Part shown: positions 29,690 through 39,807 of the stretch, in pieces
How the letters are laid out: every line of letters starts with the position of its first letter
How positions within the stretch are numbered: the first letter of the stretch is position 1
Assembly (NCBI GenBank): GCA_963790175.1
Contig: CAWBNM010000003.1
Location: 725,065-789,064 of the forward strand
Reading direction: 5' to 3'
DNA from: an uncultured Actinomycetota bacterium
GTDB lineage: Bacteria; Actinomycetota; Actinomycetes; Propionibacteriales; Nocardioidaceae
Length of the DNA stretch: 64,000 nucleotides
The notes under the pieces: model-generated
Seen by the model: only the letters and a program-made list of their open reading frames with translations
Told to the model about the DNA's origin: nothing
The model's database searches: none
Position numbers and translations under genes: made by a program

Positions 29690-30669
29690 GCACCACGCGG
29701 ATCACGCTCGCCAAGGGCCTCAACATGGGTCTGCGCAAGGCCATGGAGGACGACCCCAAGGTGCTGCTGATGGGGGAGGACGTCGGCAAGCTCGGCGGGG
29801 TCTTCCGGATCACCGACGGGTTGCAGAAGGACTTCGGCGAGGACCGCGTCATCGACAGCCCGCTGGCCGAGTCCGGGATCGTCGGCACCGCGGTCGGCAT
29901 GGCGCTGCGCGGCTACCGCCCGGTCGTGGAGATCCAGTTCGACGGCTTCGTCTACCCCGCCTACGACCAGATCGTCTGCCAGGTCGCGAAGATGCACTAC
30001 CGGTCCAAGGGCCGCTCGCCGATGCCGATCGTGATCCGGATCCCCTTCGGCGGCGGGATCGGGGCGGTGGAGCACCACAGCGAGTCCCCCGAGGCGCAGT
30101 TCGCGCACACCCCGGGCCTGAAGGTCGTCACCTGCTCCAACCCCGTCGACGGCTACTGGATGATCCAGCAGGCGATCGCCAGCGACGACCCGGTGATCTT
30201 CCTCGAGCCCAAGCGGCAGTACCACGCCGACAAGGCCGACCTCGACGAGTCCGCGCGGCCCGACCCGCTGCACACCTCGCGGGTGGTGCGCGAGGGCACC
30301 GACGTCACCGTGCTGGCCTACGGCCCGACCGTGAAGACCGCGCTGGCCGCCGCCCGCGCCGCCGAGACCGAGGACCGCTCGCTCGAGGTGATCGACCTGC
30401 GCACGCTCTCGCCGCTGGACATGGGTCCGGTGCTCGACTCGGTGCGCCGCACCGGCCGCGCGGTGGTCACCCACGAGGCGCACGTCAACCTCGGCCTCGG
30501 TGCCGAGGTCGCCGCGCGGATCACCGAGGAGTGCTTCTACTCCCTCGAGGCCCCCGTGCTGCGGGTCGGTGGGTTCGACACGCCCTACCCCGCGTCGCGG
30601 ATCGAGGAGGACTACCTCCCCGACCTCGACCGGGTGCTCGACGCCGTCGACCGCGCCCTCGCGTACTGA
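29686..30669 (+). CDS. pdhB: 2-oxoacid dehydrogenase E1 beta
   Basis: GEDVGKLGGVFR, DSPLAESG, EIQFDGF, HHSES, IDLRTLSP. Confidence 0.93.
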   Translation: MSTTRITLAKGLNMGLRKAMEDDPKVLLMGEDVGKLGGVFRITDGLQKDFGEDRVIDSPLAESGIVGTAVGMALRGYRPVVEIQFDGFVYPAYDQIVCQVAKMHYRSKGRSPMPIVIRIPFGGGIGAVEHHSESPEAQFAHTPGLKVVTCSNPVDGYWMIQQAIASDDPVIFLEPKRQYHADKADLDESARPDPLHTSRVVREGTDVTVLAYGPTVKTALAAARAAETEDRSLEVIDLRTLSPLDMGPVLDSVRRTGRAVVTHEAHVNLGLGAEVAARITEECFYSLEAPVLRVGGFDTPYPASRIEEDYLPDLDRVLDAVDRALAY

Positions 30670-30691
30670 GGGCCCAGGAGAGGACCCGGCC

Positions 30692-32116
30692 ATGGCCGAC
30701 TACAAGCTGCCCGACCCCGGTGAGGGGCTGACCGAGGCCGAGATCGTCACCTGGCGGGTGGCGGTCGGCGACACCGTCGAGATCAACGACGTCGTGGTCG
30801 AGATCGAGACCGCGAAGTCGCTGGTCGAGCTGCCGTCGCCGTACGCCGGCACGGTCACCGCGCTGCTGGTCGAGGAGGGGCAGACCGTCGAGGTCGGCAC
30901 CCCGATCATCTCGATCGGCGAGGTGGCTGCCGCGGAGCCGGAGATCGATCTGTCCAACCCCGCGGCCAGCGGCGGCGGGGAGGGGGAGAGCCTGGTCGGC
31001 CGCAACAAGGCCGACCGCGGTCCGGTCCGACGCGCCCGCACCGGTGCGGCGTCGCCGCGCAGCGCGGCCGGGGCCAACACCCGGATGCAGGTGCAGGGGG
31101 CCTTCGCCCCCGGTGGCGCCCAGACCGACGAGGTGGAGGCGACCGACGAGCCGGCCGTCCCGGCGACGTCGGCGCGCAGCGGGGACGCCGGGAAGCACTC
31201 CGAGCGCGCCCTGGCCAAGCCCCCGGTGCGCAAGCTCGCCCGCGACCTCGGCGTCGACCTGACCGCGCTGAGCCCGTCCGGGCCCGGCGGCACCGTGACC
31301 CGCGACGACGTCCGCGCTGCTGCCGACGGCGGGTCCGACGGGCGGCGGATGCCCGAGCAGCACGCCGGCTCGCCCCGCGACCGCGCGTCCGCAGAGCCGG
31401 GCCTGCTCGAGGAGTGGCGCGAGCCGGTCAAGGGCGTGCGCAAGATGATGGCGCAGGCGATGGTCGGCTCCGCCTTCTCGGCGCCCCACGTCACCGAGTG
31501 GGTGACGGTCGACGTCACGGCGACCATGGAGCTGGTCGAGCGGCTCAAGGTGCGCCGGGAGCTGCGCGAGCACCGCGTCGGCCCGCTGCTGGTGCTGGCC
31601 AAGGCGGTCGTGCTGGCGATGCGGCGCACCCCCGAGCTGAACTCCTGGTGGGACGAGGAGCACCAGGAGGTCCTCCACCGCCGCCACGTCAACCTGGGGA
31701 TCGCCGCGGCGACCCCCCGGGGCCTGGTCGTGCCCAACGTCAAGCACGCCGAGACCCTCGACCTGGTCGAGCTGGCCGGGGCGCTGGCGTCGCTGACCGC
31801 GACCGCGCGCGAGGGCCGCACCCAGCCCGCCGAGATGAGCGGCGGGACGTTCACCATCACCAACGTCGGGGTCTTCGGGGTCGACGCCGGGACGCCGATC
31901 ATCAACCCCGGCGAGTCCGGGATCCTGTGCTTCGGGGCGGTCCGCAAGCAGCCGTGGGTGGTCACCCGCGACGGTGTCGACGAGATCGTGCCGCGCCACG
32001 TGACCACGCTGGCGCTGTCCTTCGACCACCGCCACGTCGACGGCGAGCTGGGCTCGCGGTTCCTCGCCGACGTCGCCGGCATCCTCGAGGACCCGGGTTC
32101 GGCGCTGCTGTTCTAG
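30692..32116 (+). CDS. pdhC: Dihydrolipoamide acyltransferase E2
   Basis: Lipoyl ETAKS, AKPPVRKLARDLGVDL, GGTFTITNVG, SFDHRHVDG. Confidence 0.93.
   Translation: MADYKLPDPGEGLTEAEIVTWRVAVGDTVEINDVVVEIETAKSLVELPSPYAGTVTALLVEEGQTVEVGTPIISIGEVAAAEPEIDLSNPAASGGGEGESLVGRNKADRGPVRRARTGAASPRSAAGANTRMQVQGAFAPGGAQTDEVEATDEPAVPATSARSGDAGKHSERALAKPPVRKLARDLGVDLTALSPSGPGGTVTRDDVRAAADGGSDGRRMPEQHAGSPRDRASAEPGLLEEWREPVKGVRKMMAQAMVGSAFSAPHVTEWVTVDVTATMELVERLKVRRELREHRVGPLLVLAKAVVLAMRRTPELNSWWDEEHQEVLHRRHVNLGIAAATPRGLVVPNVKHAETLDLVELAGALASLTATAREGRTQPAEMSGGTFTITNVGVFGVDAGTPIINPGESGILCFGAVRKQPWVVTRDGVDEIVPRHVTTLALSFDHRHVDGELGSRFLADVAGILEDPGSALLF
32066..32116 (+). repeat. Direct repeat copy 1 (pdhC 3' end)
   Basis: 43/51 nt identical to 39808-39858 by manual count. 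Confidence 0.85.
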
Positions 32117-32123
32117 GGCCGCG

Positions 32124-32176
32124 CCGACCCGGGACGACCGGATCGCGACCGCGCCGCGACCGCCGCCGGGGACGGT
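32124..32176 (+). promoter_or_regulatory. SARP-type heptamer array upstream of the SARP-STAND gene
   Basis: CCGACCC 32124, ACGACCG 32134, GCGACCG 32145, GCGACCG 32156 (spacing 10,11,11), then 8 nt, then GACGGT. Confidence 0.6.
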
Positions 32177-32249
32177 GGTCACCGGGGCGCACCGACGTGC
32201 GCGGAGCGGAGCGGGGCGGTGAGCGGTGGACTGGTCCTATCGTGGCGCG

Positions 32250-35200
32250 GTGCAGTACTGGGTGCTGGGGCCGCTGCGGGTGAGCTCGGAGTCCGGCGCG
32301 GTCGAGGTGCGCGGGGTCAAGGAACGGGTCCTCCTGGCCCTCCTGCTCGCCAGCGCGGGCCGGGTGGTGCCGGTGGCCGACCTGGTCGACGGGTTGTGGG
32401 GGGAGTCGCCGCCCCGCTCGGCGGCGAAGTCGCTGCAGACCTACGTGCTGCGGCTGCGCAACGCGCTCGAACCGGGTCGCGACGGTCCCGCCCGGGTGCT
32501 GGTCACCGAGGCGTCCGGGTACCGGCTCGTGGCCGACCCCCGCCACGTGGACGCCTCCCGCTTCACCAGGTTGCTCTCCGCCGCCGAGCAAGGGTCGCCG
32601 CAGGACCGCCTGGACCTCCTGGGTGAGGCGTTGGGCCTGTGGCGGGGTGCGGCGTTCGCGGGTCTCGGGTCGCCGCGGCTGGCGGCGGAGGCCGCCCGGC
32701 TCGAGGAGCTGCGGCTCGTGGCGCTGGAACGGCGGCACGCGGCCGAGGTCGAGCTGGGCCGGACGGCGGGGGCAGTCGCCGAGCTCGAGCGGTTGGTCGC
32801 GGAGCACCCGCTGCGCGAGCGGTTCTGGGCGCTGCTCGCGACCGGTCTCTACCGCGAGGGCAGGCAGGGTGACGCCCTCGGCGCACTCGCGCGGGCGCGC
32901 GCGGTGCTGGCCGACCAGCTCGGCGTCGATCCCGGCGCCGAGCTGCGGCGCCTCCACGAGCTGGTCCTGGCCCAGGACCCCGGCCTGGGCGCCCCGCGGG
33001 TGGGAGCGCCGCTGCCGCAGGCGCTGGCGGTGCCGACGGCTGCGGTGCACGGACGGGAGGAGGAGCTGGCCGTGCTGCGGGCCGCGCGGGGCACCGTGCT
33101 GGTCCGGGGGCCGGTCGGCGCCGGGGCGCGGACGCTGGCCCGGGTGGTCGCCCACGAGGTCGCGGCGGCCGGCGGCAGGGTCCGCCACGTCGGGCACCAC
33201 GGTCCCGACCCGGACGACGACTCGCCAGTCGACCTGCTGGTCGTGGACCGCGGCGCAGCCCGCTGCGGCCCCGCCGCGACCCGCACCCTCCTCCTCGGTG
33301 CTCCCGGGACCCAGCCCCCGCCCGGCGCCACCGTCGTGGACCTCGGGCCGCTCCCCGCCCACACCGTCCGCGCCCTGGTCGCGGGCTTCGTCAGCGGCGA
33401 CGACCTGGATGCGGCCACCGAACAGGTGACGGCGGTGTCGGGCGGCTGGCCAGGTGCGGCTCGAGCGGCAGCGGTGGACTACGTCCGGGCCGCCGCCTCG
33501 GCGTACGTCGGCGCCGCAGCCACCGACGTCGGTCGCTCGGGCGCGGCGCTGCAGGAGGCGCGCGCCCGGATCGCCTCCGGAGTGCTCGACCTGCAGGAGG
33601 TCGAGGCGGCGGGCGGGGTCGATCCCGAGCGGTGCCCGTGGCCCGGCCTCGCCGCCTACGACGTGGGGGACGGGGACTGGTTCGCCGGTCGCGAACGACT
33701 CGTGGCAGAGCTGCTCGCCAGGGTCGCCGGGGCGTCCTGCCTCGCCGTCGTGGGCGCCTCCGGCAGCGGCAAGTCCTCCGCGGTCCGCGCAGGCCTGCTC
33801 GTCGGTCTCGCCGCCGACCGCCTGCCCGGCAGCGCGGTGTGGGACCACGTCGTGCTGCGTCCCGGCGCGCACCCGATGCGCGAGCTCGCCCAGCGGGTGC
33901 TCGGCACCCGGCACCCCGAGCCCGGCGAGGTGCTCCAGCGGCTCCTGCGCTCCACGGACCGGCCCGGAGCGGAGGCCCGCACCGTCCTGGTCGTCGACCA
34001 GCTCGAGGAGGCGTGGAGCACGTGCACCGACGCCGGCGAGCGGGCCGCCTTCCTCGACACGCTGGGCGATCTCGCGACCGACCGCGACCGCGGGGTCACG
34101 GTCGTGGCCGTGGTGCGGTCCGACTACGTCGACCGGCTGGCTGACCACGAGGTCCTGGCGACCGCCCTGGGCGCTAACACGGTCCTGGTCGGCACCCCGA
34201 CCGCTGCGGACGTGCGGCGCGCCGTGGAGCGCCCGGCCCGGCGCGGGGGCGTCGTCCTCGACGACGGTCTGACCGACGCGCTGGTCGCGGACGCGGGCGA
34301 CGAACCCGGCCTCCTGCCGCTGCTCTCGACGGCGCTCGCGCAGCTGTGGGAGCGCCGCGACGGTCACCGGCTCACCTTCGACGCCTACGTCGCCCTCGGC
34401 GGTGTCGCGGGAGCGATCGCGCACCTCGCCGAGCAGGTGCACGAGGACCTCGACGAGACGTCCCGCGAGTCGACCCGGCGGGTGCTGCTGCGGCTGGCGG
34501 GCCCCGGGGTGGGGGCTGCGGTCACCCGGCGCCGGGTGCCCGTCGCCGAGCTCGCCGGTCTCCCGGGAGCCGACGTCCGCGCGGTGGTCGAGCGCCTCGC
34601 CGAGGACCGCCTGCTGGCCCTGTCCGAGGACCACGTCGAGGTCGCCCACGAGGCGCTCTACCGGGAGTGGCCGCGGCTGCGGACCTGGCTCGCCGAGGAC
34701 GCGGCGGGCCGGGCGGTCCAGCGACGGCTCGCCGTGGCCGCGGCCGAGTGGCAGGACGAGCGCCGCGACCCCGTCCTGCTGTGGCGGGGGAGCCGGCTGG
34801 ACGCGGGTCTGGAGGTCGCGGCCGCACGACCCGACGAGGTCACCCTGGTCGAGCGCGCCTTCCTCGACGAGAGCCGGGACGCCGCCGAGGCGGACCGCCG
34901 TGCCACCGAGGCGCGCGCCGAGCGCGAGGCGCGCCAGAACCGCCGGCTGCGCCGGGTCCTCGGCGGCACGTCGGTGCTGCTCGTCCTCGCGCTGGTCGCC
35001 GGGGCCCTCGCGCTGCTCGCCCGCGACGAGGCCGCGCGCGCTGCCCGCGCGGCCGACGCCAGGCGGTTGGCAGCCACGGCGCTGTCGCAGGACCAGCCCG
35101 ACCTGGCGCTGCTGACCGCGGTGGAGTCGACGCGGTTGGAGCAGGGCCCCGCGACCTACGGGGCGCTGCTCACCCTGCTGGCGCGGCAGCCCGACGTGGT

Positions 35201-37157
35201 CACCCGCCACCGGACCCAGGACCGGTTCCTCCGCAACGCCACGACCCCCGACGGGAAGGTCGTCCTGCTCGGGGAGAACGTGCCGGTCCTGCGGGCCGTG
35301 GACGCCAGGACCGGGGACCTGCTGTGGGCGGCGGACCTGCCGGCGCAGGTCGGTGACGTCGCGACGTCACCGGACGGCCGTTCGGTCGCCGTCACCAGCC
35401 TGACCGGGGACGGGGGTCGCGTGCTGCTCCTCGACACCGCCGACGGCAGCGTGCAGTGGCGCTTCGGCGTCGAGGACGTCGCGACGGTGGCGCCGTCGAC
35501 CGGCCGTTGGCTCTGGCCGGGGCTGGGGTGGCACCCGGACGGCCGCCTCGCGGTCGCGACGGACACCCACGTCGTGCTCGCCGGACGCGGCGGCACCGTG
35601 CGCGAGGCGGTGCCGTGGGGACGCCCGGTCCCCGGCGGTGGCTCGTTCCTGGTGTGGCCGGACGGGCGGGTGAGCGCCGGCTCGGTGGACCCGGGGGAGG
35701 CCGGGCAGGTCGTCGACCTGGGGGCGCCCGACGCGCCCCCGGGAAGCACCGCGGGCAACGTGGTGGCCGTCTCCCCCGATGGCCAGCGTGCCGCCGAGGT
35801 GCTCACCCGGCGGACCGGGACGCTCCTGCGCCTGCTGGACACGCGCTCCCTGCGACCGTCGTCCCCGGCCTGGCCGCTGGACGACGTCGTGCTGGACGGG
35901 GCGTTCTCCCCCGACGGGCGGCGGCTGGCCCTCGGGGTGGCCGAGGAGGTGCTGGTCCGCGACGCCAGGACGGGTGCGCCGGTCGATTCCCTGGCCGGGC
36001 ACAGCGGTGCGGTGATGGCGGTGTCCTACGCCGGGAGCCGGCGGCTGTGGACGGCCGGAAGGGACGGCAGCGCCGTCGCCTTCGACACCACCGGCGCCGC
36101 CGGCGTCATCGGCACGACCAGCACGAGGGACGCTCCGGCATCCGGCGAGCGGTCCCCGGACTCCGGCCACGCGGCCTGGGTGGAGATCGACGAGGACGGC
36201 CCGAACCGGGCGGTGCTCCGCCCAGCGGGCGCAGACCGTGGCCGACCGCTGCCGCTCCCCGGCCTCGGCTGCCGCTGCCAGGCGACGGGCACCGACCTGA
36301 CGACGGACGGCACGACGGTGCTCGCCGGCTACCACGAGCTGGGGCAGGGGTTCTCGGTCGTGCCGGACTCGGGCCACGTGGTGGTCTGGGACGCCACGTC
36401 GCGCCGGGTGGTGGCATCGGTGGCGACGCCCTGGCCCGTCAACGCGGTCGCGGCGGTCCCCGGCACCGACCGTGCGGTCGTCAGCGGCACCGAGGGCTGG
36501 GCGGTGATGGACGTCTCCGAGGAGGCCCTGGTCGGGGTCCTGGACCTGCCCCGCGTGGACCCCTGGTTCGAGACCACCTCGCTGGCCGAGGTCGCCCCCG
36601 ACGGGCGGCGGGCGGCCCTGCTGCGCGGGGACGAGGTCGTCCTGGTGGACGTCGGGACGGGGGCGGTGCTCTCCCGGCGCACGCTCGGGGGCGCGGTCGG
36701 TCTCGGTCTGAGCTCCGCCGCCTTCACGCGGGACGGCGAGGACCTGGCCGTGGGCTCGACCGACGGCTGGCTCCACCTCCTCGACGGGTCCTCCCTGCGA
36801 CCGACGGCACCGCGACGCCTGATCACAGGAGGGTTCGTCCTCGATGTCGAGGTGTCCCCGGACGGGCGGATGGCGGCCACCCTCGGCACCGACGGCGACA
36901 CCGTGCTGTGGGACACATCCACCTGGCAGCCCTTCGGCCAGCGCGTCGTCGACGGCGGGGGGTGGGGGTTCCTGGCCTTCGACGAGGGCCCCGACCGGTT
37001 GTCCGTGGAGTCCGAGCTCGGCCACCGGACCACGGTCAGGACCGACCCCGCCGCCTGGGTGGCCGCTGCCTGTGCCGCCGCGAACCGGGAGCTGACGACG
37101 GACGAGGTCGCCGTCGTCCTGCCCGGGTCCGACACCGACCCGGCTTGCGGCGGCTGA
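32250..37157 (+). CDS. SARP (wHTH+BTAD)-nSTAND1 NTPase-TM-WD40 protein
   Basis: VLGPL, LQTYVLRLR, ALGLWRG, HPLRERFW, LGVDPG; CPWPGL..FAGRE, GASGSGKSS, VVDQLEE, LPLLSTAL, EVAHEALYREWPRL; TM about 34956-35021; SPDG/GHSG repeats. Confidence 0.9.
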   Translation: MQYWVLGPLRVSSESGAVEVRGVKERVLLALLLASAGRVVPVADLVDGLWGESPPRSAAKSLQTYVLRLRNALEPGRDGPARVLVTEASGYRLVADPRHVDASRFTRLLSAAEQGSPQDRLDLLGEALGLWRGAAFAGLGSPRLAAEAARLEELRLVALERRHAAEVELGRTAGAVAELERLVAEHPLRERFWALLATGLYREGRQGDALGALARARAVLADQLGVDPGAELRRLHELVLAQDPGLGAPRVGAPLPQALAVPTAAVHGREEELAVLRAARGTVLVRGPVGAGARTLARVVAHEVAAAGGRVRHVGHHGPDPDDDSPVDLLVVDRGAARCGPAATRTLLLGAPGTQPPPGATVVDLGPLPAHTVRALVAGFVSGDDLDAATEQVTAVSGGWPGAARAAAVDYVRAAASAYVGAAATDVGRSGAALQEARARIASGVLDLQEVEAAGGVDPERCPWPGLAAYDVGDGDWFAGRERLVAELLARVAGASCLAVVGASGSGKSSAVRAGLLVGLAADRLPGSAVWDHVVLRPGAHPMRELAQRVLGTRHPEPGEVLQRLLRSTDRPGAEARTVLVVDQLEEAWSTCTDAGERAAFLDTLGDLATDRDRGVTVVAVVRSDYVDRLADHEVLATALGANTVLVGTPTAADVRRAVERPARRGGVVLDDGLTDALVADAGDEPGLLPLLSTALAQLWERRDGHRLTFDAYVALGGVAGAIAHLAEQVHEDLDETSRESTRRVLLRLAGPGVGAAVTRRRVPVAELAGLPGADVRAVVERLAEDRLLALSEDHVEVAHEALYREWPRLRTWLAEDAAGRAVQRRLAVAAAEWQDERRDPVLLWRGSRLDAGLEVAAARPDEVTLVERAFLDESRDAAEADRRATEARAEREARQNRRLRRVLGGTSVLLVLALVAGALALLARDEAARAARAADARRLAATALSQDQPDLALLTAVESTRLEQGPATYGALLTLLARQPDVVTRHRTQDRFLRNATTPDGKVVLLGENVPVLRAVDARTGDLLWAADLPAQVGDVATSPDGRSVAVTSLTGDGGRVLLLDTADGSVQWRFGVEDVATVAPSTGRWLWPGLGWHPDGRLAVATDTHVVLAGRGGTVREAVPWGRPVPGGGSFLVWPDGRVSAGSVDPGEAGQVVDLGAPDAPPGSTAGNVVAVSPDGQRAAEVLTRRTGTLLRLLDTRSLRPSSPAWPLDDVVLDGAFSPDGRRLALGVAEEVLVRDARTGAPVDSLAGHSGAVMAVSYAGSRRLWTAGRDGSAVAFDTTGAAGVIGTTSTRDAPASGERSPDSGHAAWVEIDEDGPNRAVLRPAGADRGRPLPLPGLGCRCQATGTDLTTDGTTVLAGYHELGQGFSVVPDSGHVVVWDATSRRVVASVATPWPVNAVAAVPGTDRAVVSGTEGWAVMDVSEEALVGVLDLPRVDPWFETTSLAEVAPDGRRAALLRGDEVVLVDVGTGAVLSRRTLGGAVGLGLSSAAFTRDGEDLAVGSTDGWLHLLDGSSLRPTAPRRLITGGFVLDVEVSPDGRMAATLGTDGDTVLWDTSTWQPFGQRVVDGGGWGFLAFDEGPDRLSVESELGHRTTVRTDPAAWVAAACAAANRELTTDEVAVVLPGSDTDPACGG

Positions 37158-37177
37158 GCGGTTCCCAGGTGCGGGGC

Positions 37178-37241
37178 ACGACCCGGATGCGACCGGTCGC
37201 GACCGGGGTGCGACCGGGCCGCGACCGGGGTGGGCCAGCGT
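37178..37241 (+). promoter_or_regulatory. SARP-type heptamer array and weak -10 upstream of secreted gene
   Basis: ACGACCC 37178, GCGACCG at 37189, 37199, 37210, 37221, then 8 nt, then CAGCGT. Confidence 0.72.
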
Positions 37242-37292
37242 CGGTGGCCTCGGGGCGGCACCCGCCGCCCACCGACGCAGGAGGGCGGAGCG

Positions 37293-38774
37293 ATGGTTGC
37301 TCGTACGAAGCAGGGAGCCGGGCGGCGCAGGTCCACCGCCGGTCTCACCGGATGCCTGACCGGATGCCTCACGGCCGGGCTCGCGGCCGGGTTCACGGTC
37401 GGGCCCACGGACGGTCTCGGGGGCGCCACCCCCGCGGTCGCCGCCGCGGTGCCCGGGTCCGCCGCGCCTGGACCCGAGCCCCGCTGCCGCGTGGTCCGTC
37501 TCGCCGAGGCGGACCACTACGGCGACGGCGGGGTGACGGACCTGGAGGTCGTCGACGGCAGGGTCGTCTACTACGGGAGCGGCTACCGGTTCGACCGGTC
37601 CGGCCAGGAGCACCAGCGGGCCTTCGTCTGGTTCGGCCTGAGGTCGGAGCCGGTGCGGGTCGGGCCGCGGGGGTACGACCACGACATCGCCTTCGAGGTC
37701 ACGAGCTCCGGACTGGTCAACGGGTCCTCGGAGAACGACGACGGCTCGGCCGCGCAGTGGGTGCAGGACCTCGGGACCGGGGAGATCAGCTACTTCGACG
37801 TGGACTCCGGTCCCCGCGGGGACGAGCACGGTTGGACCGTGGTGCGCCGGGTCAACGCCGCCGGGGCGGCGGCCGGGATGCAGGAGCTGGCGGCGGATCC
37901 GGGGGACGCCCGCGCCGACGCCATCGCCTTCGACTCGCCGGACGGCGACCTGCGTCGGTTGGCCGGTCCACCCGAGGACTTCCTGGCCTACGCGTGGGGC
38001 ATCAACGACGGGGGCGACCGTGCCGGCTTCGTCAGCGACGGCACGCGGCACCCCGACGACGAGGACTTCCTCGTCGTCGAGCCCCGCGTCTGGCGCGCGG
38101 GCGGCGGCGTCGTCGAGCTGGACGTGCACCCGGAGGCCCTCGACGCCAGCGTGCGCGCGATCGCGGACGACGGCGGCGCATCGGGGGAGATGAGTCGGGG
38201 TGACCACCCCTCGACGGCCCACCTCGAGGCCGCCTACTGGCCGGACGCCGAGCGGAGCGTCGGTCTGGGCGTCCTCCCGGGCGGCACGATCTCCGTCCCC
38301 TTCGGCATGGACGAGGGCGGGACCCTGGTCGGCCTGGTGGACCGCGCCGTGGGTCCGCGCAGCAGGGTCGGGCACGACGGGTACGTGGACCACGGGTTCC
38401 TCTGGAGCCCCGCGCTCGGTGAGGGGGCGGTCCGGATCCTGCCGTCCCGCCACGGGGTGAAGCAGGGCACGGGCTGGAGGACCTGGGCGGTGCGACCGGT
38501 GCACGCCGTCGACACCGAGGTGGACCAGGCGGGGGCCTCGTCGCACTGGCGCTTCGACGGCGACCGGCCGGTCTTCGGACCGACGGTGTGGCTCGGCGCC
38601 TCCACGTGCGGCGTGGTCCGCCCCACGACGCACGACCCGTTCGGTCTCGACGACCCGGCAGCGGCGAGGACCACCGGCGCGGCCCCCGCACCCGGTCGCA
38701 GCGCGGCGCAGTGGCGGGCGGTGCTCGGCGACCCGGTGCTCGACCCCCGGCTCGGGACCATCGACCGCGGGTAG
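37293..38774 (+). CDS. Secreted protein with HAF-like extracellular repeats
   Basis: GGAGGG RBS, signal peptide, HQRAFVW, AYAWGINDGGDRAG, LGVLPGG..GMDEGGTLVG, HGFLWS. Confidence 0.7.
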   Translation: MVARTKQGAGRRRSTAGLTGCLTGCLTAGLAAGFTVGPTDGLGGATPAVAAAVPGSAAPGPEPRCRVVRLAEADHYGDGGVTDLEVVDGRVVYYGSGYRFDRSGQEHQRAFVWFGLRSEPVRVGPRGYDHDIAFEVTSSGLVNGSSENDDGSAAQWVQDLGTGEISYFDVDSGPRGDEHGWTVVRRVNAAGAAAGMQELAADPGDARADAIAFDSPDGDLRRLAGPPEDFLAYAWGINDGGDRAGFVSDGTRHPDDEDFLVVEPRVWRAGGGVVELDVHPEALDASVRAIADDGGASGEMSRGDHPSTAHLEAAYWPDAERSVGLGVLPGGTISVPFGMDEGGTLVGLVDRAVGPRSRVGHDGYVDHGFLWSPALGEGAVRILPSRHGVKQGTGWRTWAVRPVHAVDTEVDQAGASSHWRFDGDRPVFGPTVWLGASTCGVVRPTTHDPFGLDDPAAARTTGAAPAPGRSAAQWRAVLGDPVLDPRLGTIDRG

Positions 38775-38800
38775 CGAGCGCCTCCGACCGTGCGGTGGCC

Positions 38801-39787
38801 TCAGCCCTGCGCGTACAGCCGGACGCGTGCCAGGAGCGGTCGGTGGTCGGAGCGGAAGCCGTCGAGGGTGCGGTGGCTCGCGAGCTGGGCCGGACCCCGG
38901 GTGCCACCCGGGGTCCGGCGGCGGACCGAGCCGTCGGCCAGCCACACGTAGTCGATCCAGCGCGTGTTGCGGGTCGGCTCCTCGGTGAGGCCGAGCGCGT
39001 CGTAGGAGGACGTGGCGCGGCCCTCGAAGGCGCGGGACAGCCCGCCGGCGGGACGGGCCTCGGCGTCGTCCGCGCGGTCGAAGTTGAAGTCGCCGGCGCC
39101 CAGCACCACGTCCCCGCTCGTGCGGCCCCACATCCGGGCCATGGTGGCGAAGTGCCGCTTGGCCCGGCGGGCGTTGAGGTTCAGCTCGAAGCGCTGCCCG
39201 GTCTCGATGGTCTGGTTGACGTGGGTGTCGAGCAGGGTCACCGTGCGACCCGACGCACGGTGGCGCAACCGCACCGTGACCACCCACCGCGACGGGAAGG
39301 GGTCCTCGGTGACCGCGGCCGAGGCGCCGGCGTGCATCCGGCGGGTCGAGGCGCCCAGGAAGGCGAAGGTCGTCCGGCGCCAGGTGACCGCCAGCGGCGC
39401 CGCCGCCCCGGAGCCCGGTGCCTGCCAGGTCGCCCAGCCGCGCCGATCCCACTCCCGGGCGAGGTCGCGGAAGACGGGGGTCGCCGCCTCCTGCCAGCCC
39501 ACCAGGTCCACGCCGCGCCGCCGGAGCAGACGGCGCCAGTCGTGGCGCGCGTCCTCGGGGGAGAGGGTGCGCCGCGCGTTGAAGGAGACCACGCCGACCT
39601 CGTCGAGGACCCGGCCGGGGAGGGGTGCGACGCGCTCGGGGCCGGGGGCGCCGCCGCCTCGTCCGTCCCCGCGCCGGTCCCCGCCACCCTCCAGGTCGCC
39701 CCGCACCGTCACCAGCGCGACGGCGAGCACGAGACCCAGGACGACGAGCGACATCACGCCGGCACCGAGGACCCGGCGGGAGACCAT
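38801..39787 (-). CDS. Membrane-anchored endonuclease/exonuclease/phosphatase-fold protein
   Basis: N-terminal TM, VVSFNA, GWQE, DTH, GDFN, WIDYVW, SDHRP. Confidence 0.85.
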   Translation of the reverse strand: MVSRRVLGAGVMSLVVLGLVLAVALVTVRGDLEGGGDRRGDGRGGGAPGPERVAPLPGRVLDEVGVVSFNARRTLSPEDARHDWRRLLRRRGVDLVGWQEAATPVFRDLAREWDRRGWATWQAPGSGAAAPLAVTWRRTTFAFLGASTRRMHAGASAAVTEDPFPSRWVVTVRLRHRASGRTVTLLDTHVNQTIETGQRFELNLNARRAKRHFATMARMWGRTSGDVVLGAGDFNFDRADDAEARPAGGLSRAFEGRATSSYDALGLTEEPTRNTRWIDYVWLADGSVRRRTPGGTRGPAQLASHRTLDGFRSDHRPLLARVRLYAQG

Positions 39788-39807
39788 GGACGGAGGCTAA
39801 CCCTCCC

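Noticed and set aside
37178-37227. Short repeats as CRISPR or VNTR
   Set aside because: 7 bp units at 10-11 bp period, no spacers, no cas genes; fits protein-binding sites better
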